Shown here: positions 63,961-64,000 of the stretch, one piece after another | Layout: each line of letters opens with the position of its first letter | Position numbering within the stretch: position 1 is the first letter of the stretch | Notes under the pieces: model-generated | The model's database searches: none | What the model was told of the DNA's origin: nothing | What the model saw: only the letters and a program-made list of their open reading frames with translations | Translations under genes and position numbers: made by a program | DNA from: an uncultured Gemmatimonadales bacterium | GTDB taxonomy: Bacteria; Gemmatimonadota; Gemmatimonadetes; Gemmatimonadales; GWC2-71-9 | Length of the DNA: 64,000 nucleotides | Reading direction: 5' to 3' | Assembly (NCBI GenBank): GCA_963833905.1 | Contig: CAWHZQ010000020.1 | Location: 3,293-67,292 of the forward strand

Positions 63961-64000
63961 CGGCCCGCCGCACGCAGTGTGCTCTAGCGAGCCACCGGCA

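Overview
High-GC bacterial DNA. The gene repertoire (kinase-TPR proteins, BTAD-propeller regulators, late futalosine-type menaquinone genes) suggests Gemmatimonadota, but that is an inference. Many genes, including housekeeping ones, carry single-base frameshifts, most likely long-read indel errors. The core backbone has glmS/glmM, a Cys/Met PLP enzyme, purD, mutM, a ubiE-ubiD-ubiA-ubiX operon, a SigW-like ECF operon, mrp/nifU, APC permeases, guaB, gpmI, mobA/mobB/moeA and a yybP-ykoY Mn riboswitch ahead of htpX-terC. Two accessory regions each show a regulator together with a repeated promoter motif and its likely targets. (1) About 31.8-45.1 kb: an ECF sigma factor/Ser-Thr kinase pair and three promoters matching TGTCCG-N17-CGCGTC ahead of secreted lipoprotein genes. 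(2) About 54.8-61.9 kb: a membrane-spanning SARP/BTAD regulator with a PD40 propeller domain, and four (possibly five) promoters made of three GTGA-core repeats at an 11-bp period plus a -10 box. These precede two propeller lipoproteins, an unannotated 34-aa ORF, a secreted protein and two globins. No tRNA, rRNA, CRISPR array, integrase or transposase was seen.
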